Part shown: positions 1 through 8,864 of the stretch, in pieces
Layout: every line of letters begins with the position of its first letter
Numbering within the stretch: the stretch's first letter is position 1
Assembly: GCA_963701855.1 (NCBI GenBank)
Contig: CAVPBK010000003.1
Location: 164,045-228,044 of the forward strand
DNA from: Nitrospirota bacterium
GTDB taxonomy: Bacteria > Nitrospirota > Nitrospiria > Nitrospirales > Nitrospiraceae
Direction: 5' to 3'
DNA length: 64,000 nucleotides
Made by a program: the position numbers and the translations under genes
Notes under the pieces: model-generated
Databases searched by the model: none
The model's input: the letters and a program-made list of their open reading frames with translations, nothing else
What the model was told of the DNA's origin: nothing

Positions 1-13
1 GTCTTTCCAATGT

Positions 14-90
<77 letters not shown>

Positions 91-92
91 TA

Positions 93-105
93 AATCAACA
101 GCTTA
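93..105 (+). promoter_or_regulatory. Putative IHF-binding site next to tRNA-Arg 3' end
   Basis: AATCAACAGCTTA fits the IHF consensus WATCAANNNNTTR; position is typical of an att arm. Confidence 0.5.
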
Positions 106-192
106 CGATGTTCCGCGAATCTGATATTTAGAAAAGTAGGGGCTAAGTGGGGGACTGGCTCCCCTTCCCAGAGTTTCCCGTTTGGAGTCGAA

Positions 193-1017
193 GTGGACGT
201 TGGCAGCTATCTCATCACCGGCGGCTTCACACTCTTTGCTACGCTCAGTGGTGTCTTGCTCGCAAATCTTTCCCAGGCCAATAGATTGCGGACGCAGCTT
301 GCCCACGAGCGGGAGATGAAGAACCGTGAACGAGAGATGTCATTGCGAAAGGATATCTACCTTGAGGCCGCTGAGGCGGTGCAGGCCGGGTTGCTCGCTG
401 TCAACCAATTCGCCAATCTCGAAACTCCTCACGAAAAGCTCATCGAGGGGTATCTCGACAAAGCTCCCTCGCTCGCCAAGGTCCATATAATCGCGAAGGA
501 AGAAACGGTGAAAGCTCTCGTAGCGTTCACGGCTGCACTGGACACGTTATTCATTCGCCTATTCGCGAAACGAGGTCAGCTGCTCTTAGAGAAGCAGAAA
601 ATTGACGCGCTCAGAACTCAAGCCGATATCACACTCAAGGAAAACACTCGAACGCTCGAACTCATAAAGCAATACAGCCTCGATGGGCTCACTGATCAAA
701 ACAGACGGGACTGGCTCCAACGGAACTTTGACTTTGAGCAAAAACAAGGTAAGGCGGCAAATCAGGAGGCAGATTCCCTAGCTGGGACGCTATATCTCAA
801 GCAACTTCAGCTAATGGAAAATTCCACCGACGAGAAGAACAAACTCGTGCGGCTCTTGATGCCTGTGGTTTTCTCAATTAGGAAAGAGCTAGAGCTTCCC
901 ATCGACGAGGTCGAGTACTGCAGAGTCTTGGACGCGGCAGCCTCCGAGCAGCTTAAGATTTTCAAGGAATATCTACAAGAGCAGCGTGCCGCCTGTTCTA
1001 AAGTGCTGTCTTCGTAG
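193..1017 (+). CDS. Hypothetical protein, N-terminal TM helix plus predicted helical/coiled region
   Basis: 274-aa ORF, GGAG before GTG, hydrophobic N-terminus. Confidence 0.75.
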   Translation: MDVGSYLITGGFTLFATLSGVLLANLSQANRLRTQLAHEREMKNREREMSLRKDIYLEAAEAVQAGLLAVNQFANLETPHEKLIEGYLDKAPSLAKVHIIAKEETVKALVAFTAALDTLFIRLFAKRGQLLLEKQKIDALRTQADITLKENTRTLELIKQYSLDGLTDQNRRDWLQRNFDFEQKQGKAANQEADSLAGTLYLKQLQLMENSTDEKNKLVRLLMPVVFSIRKELELPIDEVEYCRVLDAAASEQLKIFKEYLQEQRAACSKVLSS

Positions 1018-1179
1018 TCACTGGAACGAGGTCTCCAGTCTCACCCCATCCTCATCGACGAGCTGGATGTGCTGGATTCTCTCGCGCAGGCTCAGCCCGT
1101 GGGCGCACTGTCGCGCTTCGGCTTCGGTCGGAAATCGGGCGACGCATTCGCGTCCGTCGTCGGTCCAGCGGAAGTTCAT
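1018..1179 (-). CDS. Possible small hypothetical protein (53 aa)
   Basis: Manual translation MNFRWTDDGRECVARFPTEAEARQCAHGL...; TTTACT-N18-TATAAT just upstream. Confidence 0.35.
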   Translation of the reverse strand: MNFRWTDDGRECVARFPTEAEARQCAHGLSLRERIQHIQLVDEDGVRLETSFQ

Positions 1180-1329
1180 GGTGCATTATTATACCGTAAT
1201 TGAAGTACACTAGTAAACAGCGTGCACGCGGTGCAGGTCTTGAACTTTCGAGGATAGGCGCGCAGGATACAGGAAACGGCCAGCAGCCCATGGCCAGATC
1301 GACGTGAAGTGGACTGGGGAGGAGTAACA

Positions 1330-1557
1330 ATGCTCAAGGCGAACATTGAAATCAAACTCAATGACGACGGAGACCGGTGGTATGTCGAAGCCTGCTCTGC
1401 GAACATCGATAATGAGGACCTCAAGCTTCTGCCTTCAGGAGAACTCTTTCCGACTAAAGATGCGGGTATTACGGAAATGAAGCGGCGCGTCATGGCATGG
1501 TTTGAAGAAAGAGGCCGGAAGGAGACGAAAGAAAAGGTGGAATGGCGAGTCCCGTGA
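1330..1557 (+). CDS. Small hypothetical protein
   Basis: GGAGGAG RBS before ATG 1330; 75 aa. Confidence 0.65.
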   Translation: MLKANIEIKLNDDGDRWYVEACSANIDNEDLKLLPSGELFPTKDAGITEMKRRVMAWFEERGRKETKEKVEWRVP

Positions 1558-1787
1558 CCTAAGGATGCTCACCCCAATGTCAGAACCCCTTAAACGAATT
1601 TTTGACGACCCGCGAACAGCCCCTGCACGAATTTAGCGTGGCCTGATTTCTAGTGCCGAATCTGGGGCGCTTTGCCAACGAACTGGCTGTATACCACCGC
1701 TGCACCCGCTTACATTCGACCTGTAAGAATTAATTCCGGTTAGTCGCCCAGCGTTAAGCCATATGATCTTCAGCCGCGACAGTTCCG

Positions 1788-2504
1788 CTATTCCTCCGGC
1801 GGCTCGCACGTGAAGTCGACCCGCATCATGCAAGCCCGCCAGGCGAACTTCTTGGCCCAGTAGGTATAGGCCGCTTCGACATCGTCCCAGCGATGCAGCG
1901 ACTTCCAGGCATATTTGCCGCCTCCCCGGCGATCAACTGCTGCGGCCAGCAGTTCACCGGTCTGACTGTCGGTCGCTTCCGCTTCAATCGTCGCCTTGCC
2001 GACAAACGGCTGAATGCCGCCGAAAGATTTCTTCCCATCGGATAACACCATGGAGACCGGGGCGGTGAGATTATCCAGCACCGGAATGTTTTTGCCGGCT
2101 TCGGTAATGCCGACACGCAGTCGCATCACGCCAGGCCCTGGCTCCTGCACCATCATATAGTCCTTGCGGAATTCTTCATCGAGTCGTGACCAGAGGAATT
2201 GGGACAGGTAGTGGGCATCCTCTTTATCCAGATCCTTCGCATCAGACTTTTCCCCACGCCAGACCTGCACCGGCTCCACCAAGACCTTCGTGTAGGATTT
2301 GAACTTGGCCCTGTCCAGCGTAAAGTACACCAGCGTCGAGTCAGTCTCGTTCGCCGCTGCATGGAGCTTCGAATAGTCTTTCAGGAACCCGGATGGTTCG
2401 GCCTTATCCCAATAACCGGTGGCATGCTCCGAATGCGCGCAGCCAGCAAGAGCCGCGATGCAGATGGTACCCATCAGCCAGAATCGCTTTGTACCCATTA
2501 CCAT
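1788..2504 (-). CDS. DUF3313-family lipoprotein
   Basis: Lipobox LAGC, SGFLKDYSKL, DSQTGELLAAAVDRR motifs; GGAGG RBS. Confidence 0.85.
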   Translation of the reverse strand: MVMGTKRFWLMGTICIAALAGCAHSEHATGYWDKAEPSGFLKDYSKLHAAANETDSTLVYFTLDRAKFKSYTKVLVEPVQVWRGEKSDAKDLDKEDAHYLSQFLWSRLDEEFRKDYMMVQEPGPGVMRLRVGITEAGKNIPVLDNLTAPVSMVLSDGKKSFGGIQPFVGKATIEAEATDSQTGELLAAAVDRRGGGKYAWKSLHRWDDVEAAYTYWAKKFAWRACMMRVDFTCEPPEE

Positions 2505-2749
2505 CCTCCATATCTAGGGTAATCACAAAAAGGAACATCAGGGGGAGAGTGGGAGCAGAAAATTAACTGACTATTCTTATGTTTTCAAGCGAAACCTTAG
2601 ACCGACATTCAATTGGAACCAGGTCGCGCATACTGACCTAGCCCCCTTAAACAGCTCTAGATCCTACGTTAGGGTCGGGCCGAAAGGAGGGGCGTATATC
2701 ACGTTTGCGGCAGATCGTCGAATAGACCCTCGCCAAATTGCGTGAAGCT

Positions 2750-2941
2750 TCGGTCGCACTGCCCGATGGCACCAATGTCAATTACGCGCTGATTAAAGAG
2801 CGTTGGTGTTGGTGGTATCGGAAATATGCCCCGCTGGATACGATGCTGAAAGGACTAGAGAAAGAAGCAAGAGAGGCAATGAAAGGGTCGTGGAATGATC
2901 CGCAGTCGGCGCCGCAATGGGAGTGGCGAAAGCGCAAATAG
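2750..2941 (+). pseudogene. Thermonuclease (SNase-like) C-terminal fragment
   Basis: LPDGTNVN...WCWWYRKYAP...LEKEAREAMKGSW...WEWRKRK; the N-terminal catalytic half is absent. Confidence 0.8.
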
Positions 2942-3212
2942 CTGATATCGATTCCCAGGAAATGCCAATAGGGCTGTGTTCACAAAATCTGCAAGAACTC
3001 CGGCTCTCAAGCCCTCGAAATTCAAGCTTGCCATAACTAGCATTTCGGTGTTCCTAAATCAGATGCTAAATGGACGGGCGGGTGAGTGCTCGTGCGCGGG
3101 ACACAGCACACTGTGTTACGGATCGCATCTCCAATAACAATCACAAGTTTGTTCACCGACCTGCGGAGGGGAAACCTGTTTCCATCATCGTGCAGGTTTA
3201 TTACAACATTGT

Positions 3213-3443
3213 CTACGGTTCGGGCAGAGACTCACTCAGCTCTACCGGGACCGTTGCTGGGAGGTCGTCGCCTTGGTAAGAAAGTTGAATGCCGCCGATC
3301 CCGATGATCAGTGCACAGAAGGCCAATAGGATAAAAAATGTAAGCGGGAACGCTCGCTGATTGGTGAACGCGCCGGACACATAGAGGTAACAAGCGATGA
3401 GTCCCAGCGGGAGAAAAAACATCGTGGTGATAAAGATATTCAT
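3213..3443 (-). CDS. Small two-TM hypothetical protein
   Basis: 76-aa ORF with two hydrophobic segments. Confidence 0.45.
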   Translation of the reverse strand: MNIFITTMFFLPLGLIACYLYVSGAFTNQRAFPLTFFILLAFCALIIGIGGIQLSYQGDDLPATVPVELSESLPEP

Positions 3444-3718
3444 TCTGGTGGACTTTCCCTGGCATCATAAAAATCGGGATACGAACTGTTTCAACATCCA
3501 GCAAGCCACATGCCTAATCTAAAATGCACGTGTCCTCGGTCGCAACCTGCCATTTTTCCAAGAATTTCTCCTGTCTGGAAGCGGCTCCACAAGGATGGAG
3601 CGCGGTCCGCATGCATCGAAAATGATTCAGTGCTGAATCAGATTTGATTTACCGCAACGAATCGAATAGACCGGCTAAGGGTGTGCATACAGGAGGCAGA
3701 ACCAGTGGAGCCGTGCGC

Positions 3719-3789
3719 AAGGAAGGCACGCTCCAGACGTATGGAAGGACTAGTACGGGCACATCCGTGCCGATGTAACTCTGCTGAAC
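3719..3789 (+). pseudogene. Thermonuclease internal fragment
   Basis: With one frameshift reads KEGTLQTYG-KD*YGHIRADVTLL, resembling the KEVTLQTxGxDKYGRTxADV segment. Confidence 0.55.
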
Positions 3790-4093
3790 TTGAACCGTGG
3801 AAGGAATAGCTCCATGGTACCTGTGCCAGTTGGATTGTTCGCTGTGCTCTTGATGGTCAGACCGCCTTCGTGCTGCTGATCCGCACCGCGGCGCTAGAGG
3901 CTAGAGGGAGAGACTGTGTTACTGTCGTTGCGCCAGATCGCGCCGTCCGGGTTCTTGCCCCAGGCCTTTACCTTGGATTGATCGGAGGGCTGTCATTCAT
4001 GATTGCCTGGGGAAGCAATGCCTGTTCGCTTCCCTGGGTTCGTGAGACAACTTTTTCAGGGTATTGGTCTCGCCATGGCCCTGGTATTAGCGC

Positions 4094-4243
4094 CTACTTC
4101 AGCGTTCGCACGAGGATTCTTATTGCATAGCCGTCAATGATGGCGTGCAAGTCCTGCTTGGTGCAGAGGCCCTTCCGTTCCAGCACCTCCACAATCGAAG
4201 CCATCGCCCACCTATTGGAGATGGTTGCTTCTTCGATGGGCAT
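4094..4243 (-). pseudogene. Remnant of a small hypothetical gene
   Basis: EEATISNRWAMASIVEVLERKGLCTKQDL; similar to the ALEHLLREKQLCTRKDL motif of ORF 29871-30128. Confidence 0.4.
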
Positions 4244-4353
4244 GCTTTCGCTTGTGGGATAGTCGTCGTTAAGTTCGATTTTGGTTTCCACTCTCGCAAC
4301 GGCATCTGTGAGCTGGCCAAGCAAAGTCGAGCGAGGTGAATCAACTCGTTTGT

Positions 4354-4692
4354 TTAACGATTCGGATTTGCCACGCACACAACTTTATTTGCAAATGCAG
4401 GAGTGTTTATGGATGCAGCCATACGGCATGCCGGCGCGTCATCATAGATACATTCTGCACCCCGGGGGGTAACAAGACAAAATGGTGCTGTACCTGAAGG
4501 AGCCTTGTCTTCCTTTTGATTTTTTTCACATCCGCCATCACTGCCTGCAGCTCGAAGACATTCATCGATGTCTTTGTAATCACATGATGTTCCCCAAGTA
4601 AAAACGGCACAGTAAGGGCCTGCAATGGCACCGCTGGTAGTAAGAGCCAATAAAAGGGAACTGGTTATTATTATCTTCGTGCGCATATACAT
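4354..4692 (-). CDS. Secreted Cys-rich protein with two tandem DUF3551-like repeats
   Basis: Signal peptide, then two units of the form P[YF]C-x7-C-x-Y...C-x-x-A...C-x-x-N. Confidence 0.7.
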   Translation of the reverse strand: MYMRTKIIITSSLLLALTTSGAIAGPYCAVFTWGTSCDYKDIDECLRAAGSDGGCEKNQKEDKAPSGTAPFCLVTPRGAECIYDDAPACRMAASINTPAFANKVVCVANPNR

Positions 4693-5015
4693 CTCTTTCC
4701 TAAGTCTCTGCCGGCAATAGGGACGAGTCAAGAAGGGCGTCGGGGCCTTGCAGGTTGAGCCAGTGTAGAAGGCGAAGGAGCAAACCGCAAGGCCGACCGT
4801 AGGGAGATGTCAAGGCTCTCAGGTGGGTGTCGGAGGACGCGCGCGCGTTCTTGACTGAAGTCGATCTGACCGTGTCGGATTAGGAGAGGGCGAGAAGTCG
4901 ATTGAATATTACGGCTGGTGAATAAGCTGAGGTTTCCCCTTGCACTTCGTCTAGGAAGAACAGTAACGTATCGCGATAGCGAGTCGATTCATTGGCTTGA
5001 ATAAGGGAGGTCACT

Positions 5016-5651
5016 ATGGCTATACGACTAGGAGATGAGGCGCCGAACTTTACGGCAGAGACTACTGAAGGGACCGTCAACTTTCACGAATGGTTGGGCG
5101 GCGGGTGGGGGATTCTCTTCTCGCATCCTAAAGACTATACCCCTGTCTGCACGACCGAGTTGGGAACCGTTGCCAAAATTACGCCGGATTTCAAGAAGCG
5201 GGGTGTGAAAGTTATCGCCGTCAGCGTCGATCCGTTAGATTCGCACAAGGGGTGGATCAACGACATCAATGAGACGCAAAAGACGACGATGAACTATCCA
5301 ATTATTGCAGATCCTGACAAGAAGGTTGCGACTCTATACGATATGATTCATCCGAACGCGATGGACAACATGACGGTCCGTTCAGTATTCATCATCGGCC
5401 CGGATAAAAAGGTAAAGCTAACATTGACCTATCCTGCTTCATGTGGTCGAAACTTCGATGAATTACTGCGCGTAATTGACTCTCTTCAGCTGACCTCGAA
5501 GTTTAAGGTCGCGACGCCTGCCAACTGGAAAGACGGGGAGGATTGCATCATCACTCCGGCTGTAAACGACGCCGAAGCAAATACACTTTTCCCCAAGGGC
5601 TTTAAGACCGTGAAGCCGTATCTTCGTTACACCCCGCAGCCGAACAAGTAG
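5016..5651 (+). CDS. 1-Cys peroxiredoxin (Prx6 subfamily)
   Basis: FSHPKDYTPVCTTE active-site motif; GGGAGG RBS. Confidence 0.95.
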   Translation: MAIRLGDEAPNFTAETTEGTVNFHEWLGGGWGILFSHPKDYTPVCTTELGTVAKITPDFKKRGVKVIAVSVDPLDSHKGWINDINETQKTTMNYPIIADPDKKVATLYDMIHPNAMDNMTVRSVFIIGPDKKVKLTLTYPASCGRNFDELLRVIDSLQLTSKFKVATPANWKDGEDCIITPAVNDAEANTLFPKGFKTVKPYLRYTPQPNK

Positions 5652-5670
5652 CCAAACTGTACCGGTACTG

Positions 5671-5703
5671 AGAGCGGGAGAGACCTTGGGTCTCTCCCGC
5701 TCT
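5671..5703 (+). terminator. Stem-loop after peroxiredoxin
   Basis: AGAGCGGGAGAGACC-TTG-GGTCTCTCCCGCTCT perfect 15-bp stem; weak U tract. Confidence 0.7.
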
Positions 5704-5807
5704 TCGCTTGTCAGAGCGTGCTTCCTTCCGATCCGTGTCCATGCAGTGGACTGGAAAGAGATCGGCTGATTGCTGGAGGAAGGGAACTGTGCTAGGGTAA
5801 ATGCTCA

Positions 5808-6278
5808 ATGAGACAGATATGTAACAAGCAATCATGGTCTCGGGTAGTGATCCTCTTGTGGGCGTCCATATGGATGCTCGCTGCGCCACTGGTCCATATC
5901 CATCCTGAGGCCGACCATCGCCATGGGGCGGCAGATCACAGGCATGGGGGGGCAGTTCACACTGTTTTTTCCCCGGACCTGAACTGTGAGTTCTCGGTCT
6001 ATAACCATGCCTCGGTTGCACACGACGAATCCCACTGTCCGCTTCATCTGATCGCGCAACCTCCCCATGGGGCGGAGCACCTCGAAATTGATTTGGTTCT
6101 CGCGTCTTCTGCCGAGCCGCAAGTCGGCAAAGGCACCGCGCTGGATGTGGCCGCACATTCCTTCCACACGCTCCCCCCCGCGAGGTCTCATGTCGTTTGG
6201 CAGCCGCAACCCAGTCCTTCACTGACGAATCTGTTTCTCACGACCAGTCTGTCCTCCCGCGCTCCCCCTATCTGTTAA
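5808..6278 (+). CDS. His-rich exported leader protein ending in RAPP (DUF2946/CzcI-like position)
   Basis: N-terminal TM segment, HIH...HRHG...HRHG...H, C-terminal SSRAPPIC*, directly upstream of czcC. Confidence 0.75.
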   Translation: MRQICNKQSWSRVVILLWASIWMLAAPLVHIHPEADHRHGAADHRHGGAVHTVFSPDLNCEFSVYNHASVAHDESHCPLHLIAQPPHGAEHLEIDLVLASSAEPQVGKGTALDVAAHSFHTLPPARSHVVWQPQPSPSLTNLFLTTSLSSRAPPIC

Positions 6279-6387
6279 TCGCGTCTTTTCACATCCTCTA
6301 ACGCTTCGATCTATTTCGTCGGCGCACCATGCCCGTCTCGTAGTGTGACGGAGGCGAGTTGCCATGGCGCCGATGTGGAGGCCCCAT

Positions 6388-7647
6388 ATGAAACCTGTAT
6401 TCATCTGTACGATCACTGTCTTGCTTGGATCGGTGATCGTGGCCGCGCCTTTTCCGGCAGGCTATGCAGCCGAGCCTAGCCCGTCCGGATACACATTGAA
6501 CCAAGTCCTACAACTCGCGCTCCAACACAACCCGGTGATGAACGGCGCAGAGGCCGTCTTGGAGCAGAGCCAGAGTCAACGTGTCACGGCTGGTGCGTAC
6601 CTGAATCCCACCATCTCGGGGTCAGCCGGCCGCGGGTCGATTCGCGATCCCAGCACCAATGTCTCCATCATCGAACGTACGATCACCGTGGAGCAACCGC
6701 TGGAGTGGCTGGGCAAACGAGCCGCTCGACAACGCGCCGCTGACGCGGGATTAGCGAGCGCTCTTGCCGGGATGGACGAAACGAAAGTGGTCCTCATGGC
6801 CGACGTGAAGGCGGCGTTCTTTCAACTGCTCTTTGCCCAACAAGAGGCACAGCTCGCGAGGGAAAATCTAAAGACCGTCGACGAGCTCGTGAAATTAGTG
6901 AATGCGCGTGTCAGCACGCGGGAAGCGCCGAAATTCGAGCTGGTCAAGGCGACTGTCGAACTCCAGAAATCAAAAAAGGATCTGTCGAGGGCGGACAATG
7001 CGCTGCTCGTGGCCCGCGCCAGACTCAATACGGTCACGGGCAGGGCCCTGGGGGAGGGATTTGCCATCGAAGGAGCATTTGAACCGGTGAGGTCGGGATT
7101 GGAGCTACGCGTATTGACGGATCAGGCACTCGACCGACACCCCACACTTCGGCGACAGCAGAGAGTGGTGGAGCAAGCCGAATTCACGATCGAAAAGGAA
7201 CGGGCATCGCGCATGCCGGACGTGGCGGTGATGGGCCAGTATCATCGTGAGGCCGGCGATGAATCCGTCACGGCAGGATTGAGTGTGCCGCTGCCCCTTT
7301 GGTATCGCCGACAGGGAGAAATCGGTACGGCGATGGGCACGCATCGACGAGCGCAAGCGGAGCGAGATCGACTTCAGCAGGAGCTGGAGCAGACCATCAC
7401 CCAGCATTTTCAGGAGGTGCGGACCGCGCAAGCACAGATGCAGGTTTTCGAACAAGGACTCCTGTTTCAGGCCAAAGAAGCGTTTGACATCGCCCAATTC
7501 AGTTTTCGCCATGGAGCAACCAGTCTGCTCGAAGTCATCGATGCGCAGCGTGTCTACCGTCAGACCTTGCTCGAATATGCCCAAGCGCAAGCCGATCATT
7601 CCATTGCAATGGCCCGATTGGAACGAGCGGCGGGAGGGTTGCCATGA
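6388..7647 (+). CDS. czcC: TolC/CzcC-family outer membrane efflux protein
   Basis: Signal peptide, two OEP-like repeats, first gene of RND operon; GGAGG RBS before ATG 6388. Confidence 0.9.
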   Translation: MKPVFICTITVLLGSVIVAAPFPAGYAAEPSPSGYTLNQVLQLALQHNPVMNGAEAVLEQSQSQRVTAGAYLNPTISGSAGRGSIRDPSTNVSIIERTITVEQPLEWLGKRAARQRAADAGLASALAGMDETKVVLMADVKAAFFQLLFAQQEAQLARENLKTVDELVKLVNARVSTREAPKFELVKATVELQKSKKDLSRADNALLVARARLNTVTGRALGEGFAIEGAFEPVRSGLELRVLTDQALDRHPTLRRQQRVVEQAEFTIEKERASRMPDVAVMGQYHREAGDESVTAGLSVPLPLWYRRQGEIGTAMGTHRRAQAERDRLQQELEQTITQHFQEVRTAQAQMQVFEQGLLFQAKEAFDIAQFSFRHGATSLLEVIDAQRVYRQTLLEYAQAQADHSIAMARLERAAGGLP

Positions 7648-8864
7648 AAGCTCACTTCGTGAGGCCTATATCACCGGTGTCTCTCACGATCGTCCTGTGC
7701 TTGTTCGTAACCCTAGCGAATACGTCTTGCGAGTCCAAGCAAGAAGACGCGCGGAAGCCACCCGCCCCGGCAGCCACGTCCTCTGCTGAGCCCGGTATCA
7801 TCGAACTGCCTGATGGTAGCCCGACCTTCGCACACCTTCAAACTGATCGAGTGGCTCTCCGTCCGATCCGGACGTCCCTCAAGGCTCAGGCCGGGAAGAT
7901 TTTGGCCAACGAGAATCGATTAGCGCATCTGAGCGCGCGAGTCCCCGGCCGCATTGTGGCCGTGTATGCCAACCTTGGCGATCGAGTGAAGGCAGGAGAC
8001 CGGCTTCTCTTACTCGATAGCCCGGCCTTTGGTGAAGCCCAGTTGGAATATCGCAAAGCGAGGACCACGCTGAGCGTGATGGAAAAGGCGCTCGAACGGG
8101 CCCAAGCGCTGTTGGATCGCGGCGCAATCGGTGTGGGTGAACATCAGCGGCGCGAGGCCGACTATGAGAACGCACGAGCGGACCTGCACGAAGCAGAGGA
8201 AAAGCTGCATTTACTCGGCATGACGGAGCGGGAGATCCAGCAACTGGCCGCCAAGACATTACCCCATGCGGAGGTCGCGCGCGTCTCCCTCCGAGCCCCC
8301 TTTACAGGTGCAGTGATTGAGCGGAACGCCACCATCGGCGAAGTCATCGACCCCAATAAGATGCTCTTCACGGTGGCCGATCTCTCGACCGTCTGGGTGC
8401 GCGCCGATTTTCCGGAACAGCAGGCCGGTCGGCTGAAGACCGGACTCACCATCGAAGTGCGGGTGTCGGCCTATCCGGGCACGATGTTTCAAGGCGCCAT
8501 TACCTATGTGGGGGCGGTGATCGATCCCACAACGCGGACTGTGACGGCGCGTGCAGAGGTGACCAACGCTGACGGCCGATTGCGCCCAGAGATGTTCGCC
8601 GAAGTCACCTTGGTCACGGAAGAGCAATCCGTCTTAAGCGTGCCGCGCGCAGCGGTTCAGCAGGTCGGCAGCCGGACGGTTGTCTTCGTGGTGCGGGGGC
8701 CGCGTCGGTTCGAATCCCGCGAGGTGACCCTCGGTCAGGCCTCAAGCGAGTTCACCCAGGTTGTCTCGGGGCTAACTTCGGGAGATGACGTGGTCACGGA
8801 AGGCAGTTATGCCCTGAAGTCAGAGTTGTTGCGTGAGCAGATGCCGACGGGAGGCCCGCTATGA
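7644..8864 (+). CDS. czcB: CzcB/CusB-family membrane fusion protein
   Basis: ARVPGRI, LRAPFTG, VADLSTVWV, LRPEMFAEV; ATGA overlaps with neighbours. Confidence 0.9.
   Translation: MKAHFVRPISPVSLTIVLCLFVTLANTSCESKQEDARKPPAPAATSSAEPGIIELPDGSPTFAHLQTDRVALRPIRTSLKAQAGKILANENRLAHLSARVPGRIVAVYANLGDRVKAGDRLLLLDSPAFGEAQLEYRKARTTLSVMEKALERAQALLDRGAIGVGEHQRREADYENARADLHEAEEKLHLLGMTEREIQQLAAKTLPHAEVARVSLRAPFTGAVIERNATIGEVIDPNKMLFTVADLSTVWVRADFPEQQAGRLKTGLTIEVRVSAYPGTMFQGAITYVGAVIDPTTRTVTARAEVTNADGRLRPEMFAEVTLVTEEQSVLSVPRAAVQQVGSRTVVFVVRGPRRFESREVTLGQASSEFTQVVSGLTSGDDVVTEGSYALKSELLREQMPTGGPL

Noticed and set aside
4745..4825. Glycine riboswitch-like words CGAAGGAGCAA and CTCTCAGG
   Set aside because: No 5' GGAGA or P1 stem and no glycine gene downstream; the region is better explained as a minus-strand promoter plus hairpin
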